A stretch of DNA of 32,000 bases from Methanococcus maripaludis (GTDB lineage: Archaea > AGJL01 > Methanococci > Methanococcales > Methanococcaceae). Under the pieces are notes generated by a model. That model did no database searches. It had not been told where the DNA came from and saw only the letters and a list, made by a program, of their open reading frames with translations. The position numbers were made by a program, and so were the translations under genes. This document shows positions 12,743 through 22,634 of this stretch, piece after piece. Numbering within the stretch: position 1 is the first letter of the stretch; every line of letters starts with the position of its first letter. Location: contig NZ_CP026606.1 in the NCBI RefSeq assembly GCF_002945325.1, forward strand, positions 600,001 through 632,000, read 5' to 3'.

Positions 12743-13366
12743 TTAATTATTTTTTGCAACTTTTTCTTTTCTGTAATCGTAATACATCCATATTACAAGC
12801 AATATCACAAATATAATTAAGTTCTCTTTTAGAATTATTGAAATGTGTCCAAGATACGGAATTATAAATGGTTCGTCATTTAATTCAACTACCCTCTGTC
12901 TAACTTGTTCTGCACGTATTAATTCTGGATCATACGTCGGGTTATTATCCCCTTTTGTAATGTAATATTTGTTTCCCTCAGAATCAGTCCACGTATCAAT
13001 TACCCTGTGAATTACAGGCGTTGTTGGCGAATAACTCGAAATTATTGGCAGGTTATAAATCATACTTTCCCGGGAATTTAACTCGTAATAATTTAAATTT
13101 CGCCCGTTTATCGATAAGTCCTGGTTTATTATTTTATTTTCTCCAGCATTGGTCCAGTGGGCACTATAAACTATTATATCACCTACTGAGACGCTTTCGG
13201 GGTCAAACTCAAATAAAGAATTTTCCACAACTACAAAATCGCCTCTCGTCATTACTGGAACCATGCTGTCTGAGACCACAACATTGACATGTGTCCACAC
13301 AATAAGAAAGACAAATAAAAATACAGTCCATTCAAGAATATTTTTATTATTGATGATACCACCCAA
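12743..13366 (-). CDS. Signal peptidase I (archaeal Sec11/S26 type)
   Basis: An N-terminal TM segment is followed by the catalytic-serine box VVSDSMVPVM, then HRV and KGDNN boxes, and a C-terminal TM. The only in-frame start upstream of the TM is a TTG at 13366. Confidence 0.8.
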   Translation of the reverse strand: MGGIINNKNILEWTVFLFVFLIVWTHVNVVVSDSMVPVMTRGDFVVVENSLFEFDPESVSVGDIIVYSAHWTNAGENKIINQDLSINGRNLNYYELNSRESMIYNLPIISSYSPTTPVIHRVIDTWTDSEGNKYYITKGDNNPTYDPELIRAEQVRQRVVELNDEPFIIPYLGHISIILKENLIIFVILLVIWMYYDYRKEKVAKNN

Positions 13367-13501
13367 ACTCTAATTTAATTTAGCGATTTTTGGATTCTTA
13401 ATAATAATATAGGTAAGCTAATATAAATTACATTGTGGTTTTGGGTTTAGTCATGATTTGATATTGGTATAGGCTTGTCATTTGTGGTTTTTTCCGAAAG
13501 A

Positions 13502-13509
13502 TTTATATA
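13502..13509 (+). promoter_or_regulatory. TATA box (TTTATATA) with a purine-rich BRE-like CGAAAGA upstream; histone promoter
   Basis: The TATA box sits about 45 nt upstream of ATG 13554, and GAGGTGAT RBS is at 13541-13548. Confidence 0.5.
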
Positions 13510-13553
13510 TTTAGTTTTCCAAAATTAAAACTGTAAAAGATTGAGGTGATTTT

Positions 13554-13757
13554 ATGGCAGAACTACCAGTTGCACCAGTAGTAAGAATATTAAAAAAAGC
13601 AGGTGCTGAAAGAGTAAGTGAAGATGCAGCAAAAATGTTTGTTGAAGCATTAGAAGAAATCGCAATGGATATTGCTAAAGAAGCAGCAGATTTATCAAAA
13701 CATGCTGGAAGAAAAACTGTTAAAGTTGAAGACATTAAAATGGCTTTAAAAATGTAA
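13554..13757 (+). CDS. Archaeal histone (HMf family)
   Basis: 67 aa with a single histone fold: [23 protein letters not shown]...[13 protein letters not shown]. Confidence 0.93.
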   Translation: MAELPVAPVVRILKKAGAERVSEDAAKMFVEALEEIAMDIAKEAADLSKHAGRKTVKVEDIKMALKM

Positions 13758-13993
13758 ATTACCCTTAATTGGGAAGTTACACGTTTAAAACTACTGATAA
13801 GTTAATTATCAGATATCAAAATCTTTGATTTTGTGATTCAATATTACAGTTATCACTTATCTTATTGTTACTTTTTTATTTTCTTTTTTCAGAATTTTTC
13901 AGCTAAAATTTTATATAATAAAGGATTATACTATTTAGGATAATTTAGAGTTATTATTTTTTGAAACTTACAAAATATAATTGAGGTTACTTC

Positions 13994-14671
13994 ATGGATG
14001 TAGTTTTTGCACTTGGAGGATCAGTCTTGATGCCAAAAGAAGGCGCGTCGACTGAAAACATTCAAAATTATGCTAAAGCTTTTAAAAAATTAAAAGAAAT
14101 GGGCCATAGAGTTTCTGTCGTTGTTGGCGGAGGAAACACTGCAAGGCAATACATATCAGTTGCGCGAGAATTTGCAAATGAATCTTTTTGTGATGAAATC
14201 GGAATCCTTGCAACACGAATGAACAGCATGCTGTTAATTTCAGCACTTGGAAAAGATGCAGTAAAACAAGTTCCTGAAAATTTCAAAGATGCTGAAATTA
14301 TTTTAAATATGGACAAAATACTTGTAATGGGTGGAACTCATCCTGCACACACTACAGATGCAGTTTCAGCAACTCTCGCAGAATTTATTGATGCGGATTT
14401 ACTCGTTATTGCAACAAATGTTGATGGAGTATACAATAAGGACCCAAGATGCAATAAAGATGCAGTAAAACTTGATAAAATAAATACAAAAGAACTTTTA
14501 GAGATTACTGGTTCAAGTTCAATGAGTGCGGGATCATCTGGTGTCGTTGATCCATTAGCATCAAAAATTATTGATAGGGCAAAATTAAAAACTATTGTTG
14601 TAAAAGGAATTCCTGAAGAAATTATATCGTCAGTTTCTGGAAATCATAACGGAACTACCATTACTCCCTAA
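13994..14671 (+). CDS. pyrH: Uridylate (UMP) kinase, archaeal type
   Basis: 225 aa amino-acid-kinase fold: ALGGSVL, VVGGGN.AR, and GGTHPAHTTDAVSA. Confidence 0.9.
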   Translation: MDVVFALGGSVLMPKEGASTENIQNYAKAFKKLKEMGHRVSVVVGGGNTARQYISVAREFANESFCDEIGILATRMNSMLLISALGKDAVKQVPENFKDAEIILNMDKILVMGGTHPAHTTDAVSATLAEFIDADLLVIATNVDGVYNKDPRCNKDAVKLDKINTKELLEITGSSSMSAGSSGVVDPLASKIIDRAKLKTIVVKGIPEEIISSVSGNHNGTTITP

Positions 14672-14825
14672 ACCCTTTTCTTTCTAAAGAAAAAAGCCTT
14701 TTTTGCAAAATTAAATTTTGCAAAATATCAGAAAGCTCTGCTTTCTGCCTATGATGGGAAAAGAAAGATTTGTAGGTATTTATTTAAAACTTCAAAAACT
14801 AAATATTACACTTTGGTGATTAAAA

Positions 14826-15008
14826 ATGGAAAAACACAAACACTGCATAAATTGCGGATTATCCATCCCTCCAGAAGAATCATTCTGCTCACAAAAATGT
14901 AAAGAAGAATTTGTTCAGAAAAGAAAGAAAATGATGAGAAGTCAGCAGATATTCTTTGTTGCGATGCTCGTTATCTTGGCAGTTTATGCATACACTGCAT
15001 TTTTCTAA
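14826..15008 (+). CDS. Small Zn-ribbon plus C-terminal TM protein (DUF2116-like)
   Basis: 60 aa. CINCG...CSQKC, then a basic linker and a hydrophobic tail. GGTGAT RBS is present. Confidence 0.65.
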   Translation: MEKHKHCINCGLSIPPEESFCSQKCKEEFVQKRKKMMRSQQIFFVAMLVILAVYAYTAFF

Positions 15009-15180
15009 TAAAAAAGCATTTTTAAAAAAATTTTTTTAAATATTTAACCCATAAGTTTAAATACTACGGTTAATATGTTTATGTGTTAGCAAAGTGTTAG
15101 TCATGAGCCAATATTGTTGAAATGAGTTAGAGCACTCAGGCGACCTTTTAAAAAAGGTCGATCAAAAGCTAATTGTTTGA

Positions 15181-15259
15181 AGCGAGGTAGGGTAGCCAGG
15201 CCTATCCCGCCGGGCTCATAACCCGGAGATCAGAAGTTCAAATCTTCTCCTCGCTACCA
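15181..15259 (+). tRNA. Initiator tRNA-Met (CAT), copy 1, CCA encoded
   Basis: Cloverleaf read by eye: acceptor AGCGAGG/CCTCGCT with an A1:U72 pair, anticodon stem CCGGG/CCCGG (three consecutive G:C pairs) around CTCATAA, T-arm AGAAG-TTCAAAT-CTTCT, and a terminal ACCA followed by a T-run. Confidence 0.9.
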
Positions 15260-15358
15260 TTTTTTATAATGAAATATTTTCAAAATGATTCGTACAATTT
15301 TAAAATTGTTATTCGAGTTTTTGGAATCTTTTTTGATCCAAATAATATTTGTAATTGA

Positions 15359-15437
15359 AGCGAGGTAGGGTAGCCAGGCCTATCCCGCCGGGCTCATAAC
15401 CCGGAGATCAGAAGTTCAAATCTTCTCCTCGCTACCA
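15359..15437 (+). tRNA. Initiator tRNA-Met (CAT), copy 2, identical to copy 1
   Basis: 79/79 nt identical to 15181-15259. It also shares the TTGA 5' flank and the T-run 3' flank. Confidence 0.9.
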
Positions 15438-15639
15438 TTTTTTTTAAAAACTAAACTGTAATCGTAGATAAGCAACATTCCATTCGTTTAAAACTGTAGT
15501 ACCATTTTTTTAAAATTAGGATTATTGTGATCTTTATTTTTCGATAAATCAATCATTATATCCAAATATATTTAAAAATTAATTTCAACAGATATCATAT
15601 TTTTAAAAATAGAACCATATATTTAAATATAACAATATT

Positions 15640-15678
15640 ATCTTTCAAAAAAAGAAAAAGTGGGTCAAAAGACCCACT
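15640..15678 (-). terminator. Hairpin plus oligo-T terminator of the S-layer gene
   Basis: Stem AGTGGGTC/GACCCACT with an AAAA loop at 15659-15678, 36 nt past the stop codon. On the minus strand it is followed by TTTTTCTTTTTTT. Confidence 0.65.
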
Positions 15679-15713
15679 TAGTTTATTTTTTATTAAACTT
15701 TTTAAAAGTTTAA

Positions 15714-17330
15714 TTATAACATGTCGATTAAAGCTTCAGCAGCTTCTTCTGTTGCAGCTCTGTCTCCACCAGCTACAACTAATACATCGTTACCGTTTGC
15801 AGCGCCAGCAGCTACTGCTAAGGTTGCAGGTGATTCGTTGTCGATTGCAACTAATCCAGCGTCAGCGAGTTCAGCTGTTAATGCGTTTACAACTGGTCCA
15901 CCAACTAAGATTAATCCTTTGTCAGCAGCATCTAATGAAGCTTCTGAGTCTAATACTGCAATAGGTGCAGTCATTACAACAGCTTCTTTAGCTTCAGCAT
16001 CGATTTCAGCTAACTTAATTTCAGCGTTTAATACATTTACTGATTGACCGATAGCTAATGAAACTTCTTTTGCCTGGTCCATTTTGAAGAGAACGTTAGT
16101 GTCGTCGTCGTCGTCTTCTAAGTCAAATGTCACGTAATCAGCAATATCAAAGTCGTCTCCACCTTCTAAACCTTCTTCGTCGTCTCCAACGTATTTTAAA
16201 GCAAGACCGGATACAACTAATCCTGATTTACTTGCGTCATCTTCAAAGATGTCGTCAATGTCGGTTATTGTAGCGTCTGAGTTAAATAAGTATAATTCCC
16301 AGTCAGGTAAGAATTCTTCTCCCAAGTCTGCTTTAACTACATTATCAACAATTACAAGTTCTGCGTAACCGTAGTCTGAACCTACGTTTTCCCATGCACT
16401 GTTTACAACTACACCGATGTCGCCGTAAACCATTTTAATTTGTGTTGTGTCGAATTTTTCAGCAACTGTTTTTCCATCTTTTAAGATTTTAACATTTACT
16501 TTTGGTTCCTCGGTTGTACCAAGTGGTGATAAAACTGAATCTACTTTAACAGTGTATCCGTTTCCTAAATCGTATGATTCACCTTCTTTGATAACTCCAT
16601 CAAATACTTCTTTACCTATTACAACGAAATCGTCGTCTGAATCAACTTTAACTAATACGTATTCTTCCCCTAAGAATGGTATTCTCATTCCAGGTTGGAG
16701 TTTAACGAAACCATCTTCAATTGTGTCGTTAGTTACTGCGGAAATGTAAGCTACATCACTGTCGTTGATGTCAAATTCTCCTACTTTACTGGTTGAAGAA
16801 ACTGTTGCATATACTAATTCTGCAGCATTGTCTTCTTCATCACTGTACCATTCTGAAGGGTCAATGTCGTCAATTTCTACCAATGTATCTAATTTTCCTA
16901 ATGATACGTAGTTTGTAATTACAAATGATGAATCATTGAATAATTCATTGTAATCTTTATCTGCGGATGTTACAAATGTTGCAGGGAATGTACCTACGTT
17001 TGCTTCATCATCAGCATCGTATACTTGTTCGTCGTCTGATTCTGCTTCAGCTTTAACTGAAACTGTTGCAGCTCCATCTTCAACTGTTCCTTCTGTGAAC
17101 ATTAATGATCCGATTTTTGCAGCGATGTTAGCAGCTGAAACAACGTCTAAAGCAGCAGCGTTTGAACCTACTACAATATCTACGTTTGCGTTTCCATCTG
17201 CAACTACGTCAGCAGCGAAAGCATCTACATCTCCAACTTTTTCAGCAGCGAAAGCGCCTGTTGCTAAAGCGGATGCAACCATTGCACCGCCTACAGCAAT
17301 AGCACCTATTTTTTTCATGCTCATAGCCAT
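15714..17330 (-). CDS. S-layer (surface layer) protein
   Basis: The signal peptide MAMSMKKIGAIAVGGAMVASALATGAFA and the NVDIVVGS..AALDVVSAANIAAKIGS block match my recollection of the Methanococcus voltae and M. vannielii S-layer proteins. The protein is very acidic and Cys-free, with a conserved C-terminal LILVGGPVVN...VLVVAGGDR domain. Confidence 0.92.
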   Translation of the reverse strand: MAMSMKKIGAIAVGGAMVASALATGAFAAEKVGDVDAFAADVVADGNANVDIVVGSNAAALDVVSAANIAAKIGSLMFTEGTVEDGAATVSVKAEAESDDEQVYDADDEANVGTFPATFVTSADKDYNELFNDSSFVITNYVSLGKLDTLVEIDDIDPSEWYSDEEDNAAELVYATVSSTSKVGEFDINDSDVAYISAVTNDTIEDGFVKLQPGMRIPFLGEEYVLVKVDSDDDFVVIGKEVFDGVIKEGESYDLGNGYTVKVDSVLSPLGTTEEPKVNVKILKDGKTVAEKFDTTQIKMVYGDIGVVVNSAWENVGSDYGYAELVIVDNVVKADLGEEFLPDWELYLFNSDATITDIDDIFEDDASKSGLVVSGLALKYVGDDEEGLEGGDDFDIADYVTFDLEDDDDDTNVLFKMDQAKEVSLAIGQSVNVLNAEIKLAEIDAEAKEAVVMTAPIAVLDSEASLDAADKGLILVGGPVVNALTAELADAGLVAIDNESPATLAVAAGAANGNDVLVVAGGDRAATEEAAEALIDML

Positions 17331-17386
17331 AGTAATTCACCTTTGTTGTGTTACTTTTTTTACAAGAATAGCCTTGTCGCCATCAC

Positions 17387-17394
17387 TATATATA
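17387..17394 (-). promoter_or_regulatory. TATA box (TATATATA) of the S-layer gene
   Basis: On the minus strand it lies about 55 nt upstream of ATG 17330, and GGTGA RBS is at 17337-17341. Confidence 0.5.
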
Positions 17395-17759
17395 CCTTAC
17401 CATTTGAAACGGTTGCAATAATAGTTTCAGGGGATTAAACTATTTAATATGGGTTAAATTTTAAAAATAAATCCAAAAAAGTAATTATTTTAAAAAATAA
17501 ACTGTTGCAAATATTTGCAACTTTTTTAAAGAATTTTTTAAAAATAAAAAATTTTAAAATTCTGCATAACTTAGCATTTTAAAATATAACGAAATTGTAT
17601 TCTTTGAATGTTTTTTAAACTATTTTAAAAATATATTTGTAAATCCAAATATTTGAGAATATATTGTACTATTGACATAATTTACTTCGCATTAAAGTAA
17701 ATCAAATAAAATCTGTAAAAAAATGTTATTAAAAATAATTAAAAATAAAAGTAAGTCAT

Positions 17760-19532
17760 TTATTCATCGAGGTAATAGTATTCCCCAATTTCTTTTTGGT
17801 AAACGTCTCTTTGGCTTCCTTCCTTGTTAACTCTTGGCCTTCCAGTGTCGGGATCTCTTCTAAATGTAATTCCCATTTCTTTTAAAAATTTGTTTGCACC
17901 AGCTCGTTTTTGTAATGGCTCTGAACCAGTTCCGCTTGATCCTGCATTTCCGCTGAATACGATAAATCTATCAGAAATGTAATCCTGGAATAAAATATCG
18001 TGGTCAACTACAAACATTGCTGCTTCTTTTTCATCAGCCATTCTTCTAATTACCCTTGATGTAGTCAATCTCTGCTCAACATCCAAAAATGCAGAAGGCT
18101 CATCTATTAAATAAAGATCTGCATCCTGACTTAAACACGCTGCAATTGAGACTCTTTGGAGTTCCCCGCCTGAAAGGTCTTTTACTGATGAATCAAGTAT
18201 GTTTTCAAGTGCAAGCGGTTTTATTATCTCTGATTTGTAGTAGGAAGTATGAATTGCAGTAATTGACATTAATAAATCTTCAACCGTTCCTTCAAAATCT
18301 GATGAAATGTACTGCGGTTTATATGAAACTTTAACATCTCCATTAACTTCTCCTGAATCTGGCGAAATTACTCCTGCAAGTGCTTTTACAAATGTAGTCT
18401 TTCCAATACCATTTGGCCCTAAAATTCCTACAACTTCCCCCTGATAGATTTGACCGCCATTGACATTTAAGCTGAAATCCCCAAGTTTCTTTGAAATATC
18501 CGTATAATCCAAAAGTAAAGGCCTATTGGTGCTGTCTTGTGGAGGTCTTTTTTCAAATACTATCGGGCTTTTTCTAAATCTTATGTTTTCTTCTTTTAAG
18601 AAACCATCAAGGTACGTGTTTATCCCAACTCTCGTTCCTCTCGGGTGAGTTACAACCCCGTAAGCTGAAGGGATACCATACATTATATGAATGTAATCTG
18701 AAAGGTAGTCTAAAACAATCAAATCGTGCTCTACTGCAACAACTTTTTTGCCCTCAGCAACTTCCCTTATTACTTTTGCCGCACTAAATCTCTGTTTTAC
18801 ATCTAACCAGGACGTAGGCTCATCAAAATAATAAATGTCACCTTCTCTAAGGCATGCTGCTGCAATTGCAACTCTTTGAAGTTCCCCGCCTGAAAGCTGG
18901 TCAAAAGTCCTATCCAAAAGATTCGAAAGTTCAAGGGCAGTTATAATTTTTTCAAATTCTCCTTTTTCATCTACTTTTTTGAGAAGTTCCCCAACTTTTC
19001 CTTTTACAACTTTTGGTAAAACATCAACGTATTGAGGTTTGTGAATTGGTTTTATCCCATTGTTTTTCAATTTTTCAAAGTAATTTTGAAGTTCGGTTCC
19101 TGAAAAATAGTCTAAAACTTTTTTCATGTCAGGAGTTTCTGTTAAATCATTTAAATTTAATACCATTTCCCCGCTTAAAGCTTTAATTATTGTTGATTTT
19201 CCAACACCGTTTGGACCCAAAAGCCCAGTTACTCCATCTCTTGGAGTAATTAATCCATACAATCTAAACCGGTTTTGACCGTACGAATGAACAATCCTGT
19301 CATCCGTTAACTCTTCAGGAAGCCCGATAATTCTTATCGCTCCAAATGGACATCTTTTTGTACAGATACCGCATCCGCTACAAAGTTCCTCGGAAATTAT
19401 TGGTTTTCCTAAATTTTCATCCATTACTATTGTTTCTTCTTCCATCCTGACTCCAGGACAGTACTTCATGCATTCCATCGAACATCGTCTTGGTTGACAT
19501 CTATCATAATCTAAAATCGCCAGTCGCGACAT
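17760..19532 (-). CDS. ABCE1 / RNase L inhibitor homolog (ribosome-recycling ATPase)
   Basis: An N-terminal two-cluster FeS domain (CxxCxxC motifs) is followed by two ABC cassettes (GPNGVGKST and GPNGIGKTT, with two LSGGELQR signatures). ATG 19532 (MSRLAILDYDRC) follows GGTGAT. Confidence 0.95.
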   Translation of the reverse strand: MSRLAILDYDRCQPRRCSMECMKYCPGVRMEEETIVMDENLGKPIISEELCSGCGICTKRCPFGAIRIIGLPEELTDDRIVHSYGQNRFRLYGLITPRDGVTGLLGPNGVGKSTIIKALSGEMVLNLNDLTETPDMKKVLDYFSGTELQNYFEKLKNNGIKPIHKPQYVDVLPKVVKGKVGELLKKVDEKGEFEKIITALELSNLLDRTFDQLSGGELQRVAIAAACLREGDIYYFDEPTSWLDVKQRFSAAKVIREVAEGKKVVAVEHDLIVLDYLSDYIHIMYGIPSAYGVVTHPRGTRVGINTYLDGFLKEENIRFRKSPIVFEKRPPQDSTNRPLLLDYTDISKKLGDFSLNVNGGQIYQGEVVGILGPNGIGKTTFVKALAGVISPDSGEVNGDVKVSYKPQYISSDFEGTVEDLLMSITAIHTSYYKSEIIKPLALENILDSSVKDLSGGELQRVSIAACLSQDADLYLIDEPSAFLDVEQRLTTSRVIRRMADEKEAAMFVVDHDILFQDYISDRFIVFSGNAGSSGTGSEPLQKRAGANKFLKEMGITFRRDPDTGRPRVNKEGSQRDVYQKEIGEYYYLDE

Positions 19533-19608
19533 TAAAATCACCAAAATATAAATTTACTATCTGATTACTATAATTAATTTGTATCAAATTTGTTAAATCG
19601 TTTAAATT

Positions 19609-20097
19609 TTAATTTTTTTGTTTCTTTGCGTAATTTATAAGCCCGCCTTCATCCATTATATCTTTTGCAGTTCCTGTCGGAAGATTGCAGTCAAGAACAG
19701 TGTCTTTTAGGATAACTTTTTTTTCTTCGAGATCTAATTCTATTACATCCCCATCTTTGACGTGTTTTGATATTCCTTTACATTCAATTGGAAATACTCC
19801 TAAATTTATGCAGTTTCTGTAAAATATCCTTGCAAAACTCTCGACAATTATTGCCTTGATTCCGCAGTATTTTATGGCAATTGGAGCCTGTTCCCTTGAA
19901 CTTCCACATCCAAAGTTTTCACCTGCAACTAAAAAGTCACCATCTTTGACCATTTTTGGAAAATTTTCGTCAATTCCTGCCATACAGTGCGATGCAAGCT
20001 CGTATTCATCCGTCGTTTTTAAATAAGCTCCGGGAATTATCGCATCAGTATCGATGTCGTCCCCAAATAAGTGCACCTTACCAGTTATTTTCATCAT
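19609..20097 (-). CDS. Aconitase-family dehydratase small subunit (LeuD/HacB; loop sequence favours homoaconitase HacB)
   Basis: 162 aa: [25 protein letters not shown]. The substrate loop reads YLKT, close to the YLRT I recall for M. jannaschii HACN MJ1271 and unlike the YLVY of IPMI MJ1277. Confidence 0.8.
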   Translation of the reverse strand: MMKITGKVHLFGDDIDTDAIIPGAYLKTTDEYELASHCMAGIDENFPKMVKDGDFLVAGENFGCGSSREQAPIAIKYCGIKAIIVESFARIFYRNCINLGVFPIECKGISKHVKDGDVIELDLEEKKVILKDTVLDCNLPTGTAKDIMDEGGLINYAKKQKN

Positions 20098-20275
20098 GTC
20101 ACCATCAATAACTAAAATAAAACCGAATTTTTCCGAATTTAAATTAAAAATATACTAAAAACTGTAACTCTCAAATATTACTTTAATGAACATATAAATT
20201 TAACTAATATTTTATAAAAATCTAAAAAATAGTTTTGATTATAGAACTCATAACCTAAATTTCTGCGGTGTTTTA

Positions 20276-22630
20276 ATGGAAAGCCTGATTGATTTGGACT
20301 ACAATTCTGACGACTTGTGCATATACTTATATTTAATAAATAGTATCATAAAAGAAAAAGATTTCAAACCTTATTTTTACGTAAATTCAACGGATAAGGA
20401 ACAAATCCTCGAATTTTTAAAAGATTACGAAAAAAAACATAAATTAGATAGTGAAATCAGCAAAATGATTGAAAACATCGAAACTGTTAAAAAAATAGTT
20501 TTTGATGAAAATTATCAGGAAAAAGAGCTCTCAAAAGTTACTGTAAAATACCCAAATAACGTAAAAACAGTTCGAGAAATATTGATGGAATTTGAAAGGC
20601 TCTATGAGTATGATATTCCATTTGTAAGACGTTATTTAATAGATAATAGCGTTATCCCTACGTCCACATGGGATTTTGAAAATAATAAAAAGATAGATAA
20701 TAAAATTCCGGATTTTAAAACTGTTTCTTTTGATATTGAAGTTTACTGCAATAAAGAGCCAAATCCAAAAAAAGACCCAATAATAATGGCAAGTTTTAGT
20801 TCAAAAGATTTTAACACCGTAGTTTCCACCAAAAAATTCAACCACGAAAAATTAGAATATGTAAAAGATGAAAAGGAACTTATAAAACGAATTATCGAGA
20901 TTTTAAAAGATTATGATATAATTTACACATATAATGGGGACAATTTTGATTTTCCATACCTTAAAAAAAGAGCTGAAAGTTTTGGGCTTGAACTAAAGCT
21001 TGGGAAAAACGATGAAAAAATAAAGATCACAAAAGGGGGAATGAATTCTAAAAGCTACATCCCCGGAAGAGTTCATATCGATTTATACCCTATTGCAAGA
21101 CGGTTATTAAATTTAACAAAATACCGGCTCGAAAATGTAACCGAAGCTCTTTTTGACGTAAAAAAAGTAGACGTTGGTCATGAAAATATTCCAAAGATGT
21201 GGGATAATTTAGATGAAACACTTGTAGAATATTCACATCAGGATGCATATTATACTCAAAGAATCGGAGAACAGTTTTTACCTCTTGAAATAATGTTTTC
21301 TCGAGTTGTAAATCAGTCCCTTTATGATATAAACCGTATGAGCAGCAGTCAAATGGTAGAATATTTACTTTTAAAAAATTCTTACAAAATGGGAGTTATA
21401 GCGCCAAACAGACCTTCTGGTAAAGAATATCAAAAAAGAATCCGAAGTTCATATGAAGGGGGATATGTAAAAGAGCCATTGAAAGGAATTCATGAAGATA
21501 TTGTTTCGATGGACTTTTTAAGCCTTTACCCTTCAATTATAATGAGCCACAACTTAAGCCCTGAAACAATAGACTGCACTTGTTGTGCTAACGAAGAAAA
21601 TGGTGAAAATGAAGAAATATTGGGCCACAAATTCTGTAAAAAAAGTATTGGAATTATCCCAAAAACCCTCATGGATTTAATAAATAGGCGAAAAAAAGTC
21701 AAAAAAGTTTTAAAAGAAAAAGCTGAAAAAGGAGAATTTGACGAAGAATACCAGATTTTAGACTACGAACAAAGATCTATCAAAGTTCTTGCAAATTCTC
21801 ACTACGGATACCTCGCATTTCCAATGGCAAGGTGGTATTCGAGAGATTGCGCAGAAATTACAACACATCTTGGAAGGCAGTATATTCAAAAAACTATTGA
21901 AGAAGCTGAAAATTTTGGATTTAAAGTAATTTATGCAGATACTGATGGATTTTATTCGAAATGGGCCGACGATAAAGAAAAGCTGTCAAAAGATGAGCTT
22001 TTAGAAAAAACCCGTGAATTTTTAAAAAATATAAATAATACTCTGCCTGGAGAAATGGAACTTGAATTTGAAGGGTATTTTAAAAGGGGAATTTTTGTAA
22101 CCAAAAAGAAATACGCACTTATTGACGAAAATGAAAAAATTACGGTAAAAGGCCTTGAAGTAGTAAGGCGAGATTGGTCCAATGTTTCAAAAAATACACA
22201 AAAAAGCGTATTGAACGCACTTTTAAAAGAAGGTAGCGTTGAAAATGCAAAAAAAGTGATTCAAGATACCATTAAAGAGTTAAAGGATGGAAAAGTAAAT
22301 AATGAAGATTTATTGATTCATACTCAGCTTACAAAAAGAATCGAAGACTATAAAACCACAGCCCCACATGTTGAGGTTGCAAAAAAAATATTGAAGTCAG
22401 GAAATCGGGTAAATGTTGGTGATGTTATCAGCTACATCATAACAAGCGGAAATAAATCGATTAGTGAGCGGGCGGAAATACTGGAAAATGCAAAAAATTA
22501 CGATACAAATTATTATATCGAAAATCAGATTTTACCCCCCGTTATACGATTAATGGAAGCTTTAGGAATTACTAAAGACGAATTAAAAGATTCTAAAAAG
22601 CAGTACACGTTGCACCATTTTTTAAAGTGA
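20276..22630 (+). CDS. polB: Family B DNA polymerase
   Basis: Exonuclease motifs FDIEVY and [11 protein letters not shown], plus polymerase motifs SLYPSII (A), [10 protein letters not shown] (B) and YADTDG (C). The ORF is uninterrupted and has no intein. Confidence 0.95.
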   Translation: MESLIDLDYNSDDLCIYLYLINSIIKEKDFKPYFYVNSTDKEQILEFLKDYEKKHKLDSEISKMIENIETVKKIVFDENYQEKELSKVTVKYPNNVKTVREILMEFERLYEYDIPFVRRYLIDNSVIPTSTWDFENNKKIDNKIPDFKTVSFDIEVYCNKEPNPKKDPIIMASFSSKDFNTVVSTKKFNHEKLEYVKDEKELIKRIIEILKDYDIIYTYNGDNFDFPYLKKRAESFGLELKLGKNDEKIKITKGGMNSKSYIPGRVHIDLYPIARRLLNLTKYRLENVTEALFDVKKVDVGHENIPKMWDNLDETLVEYSHQDAYYTQRIGEQFLPLEIMFSRVVNQSLYDINRMSSSQMVEYLLLKNSYKMGVIAPNRPSGKEYQKRIRSSYEGGYVKEPLKGIHEDIVSMDFLSLYPSIIMSHNLSPETIDCTCCANEENGENEEILGHKFCKKSIGIIPKTLMDLINRRKKVKKVLKEKAEKGEFDEEYQILDYEQRSIKVLANSHYGYLAFPMARWYSRDCAEITTHLGRQYIQKTIEEAENFGFKVIYADTDGFYSKWADDKEKLSKDELLEKTREFLKNINNTLPGEMELEFEGYFKRGIFVTKKKYALIDENEKITVKGLEVVRRDWSNVSKNTQKSVLNALLKEGSVENAKKVIQDTIKELKDGKVNNEDLLIHTQLTKRIEDYKTTAPHVEVAKKILKSGNRVNVGDVISYIITSGNKSISERAEILENAKNYDTNYYIENQILPPVIRLMEALGITKDELKDSKKQYTLHHFLK

Positions 22631-22634
22631 TTTT

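Noticed and set aside
15181-15437. The tRNA duplication as attL/attR of an integrated element
   Set aside because: Both copies are full-length and only 99 bp apart, with nothing coding between them. This is a tandem gene duplication, not element flanks.
16101-16115. (GTC)5 microsatellite
   Set aside because: It encodes a DDDDD run in frame within the S-layer protein. This is coding low complexity, not a regulatory or contingency repeat.
15721-17421. Ala/Ser/Thr-rich ORFs on the plus strand (15721-16047, 15752-15964, 16447-16749, 17095-17421)
   Set aside because: They are mirror-image frames of the acidic, Ala/Val-rich S-layer gene. Their composition is the antisense artefact of GAx/GCx codons.
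20276-22630. Intein or split polB
   Set aside because: All exonuclease and polymerase motifs are contiguous in a 784-aa ORF with no extra insertion.
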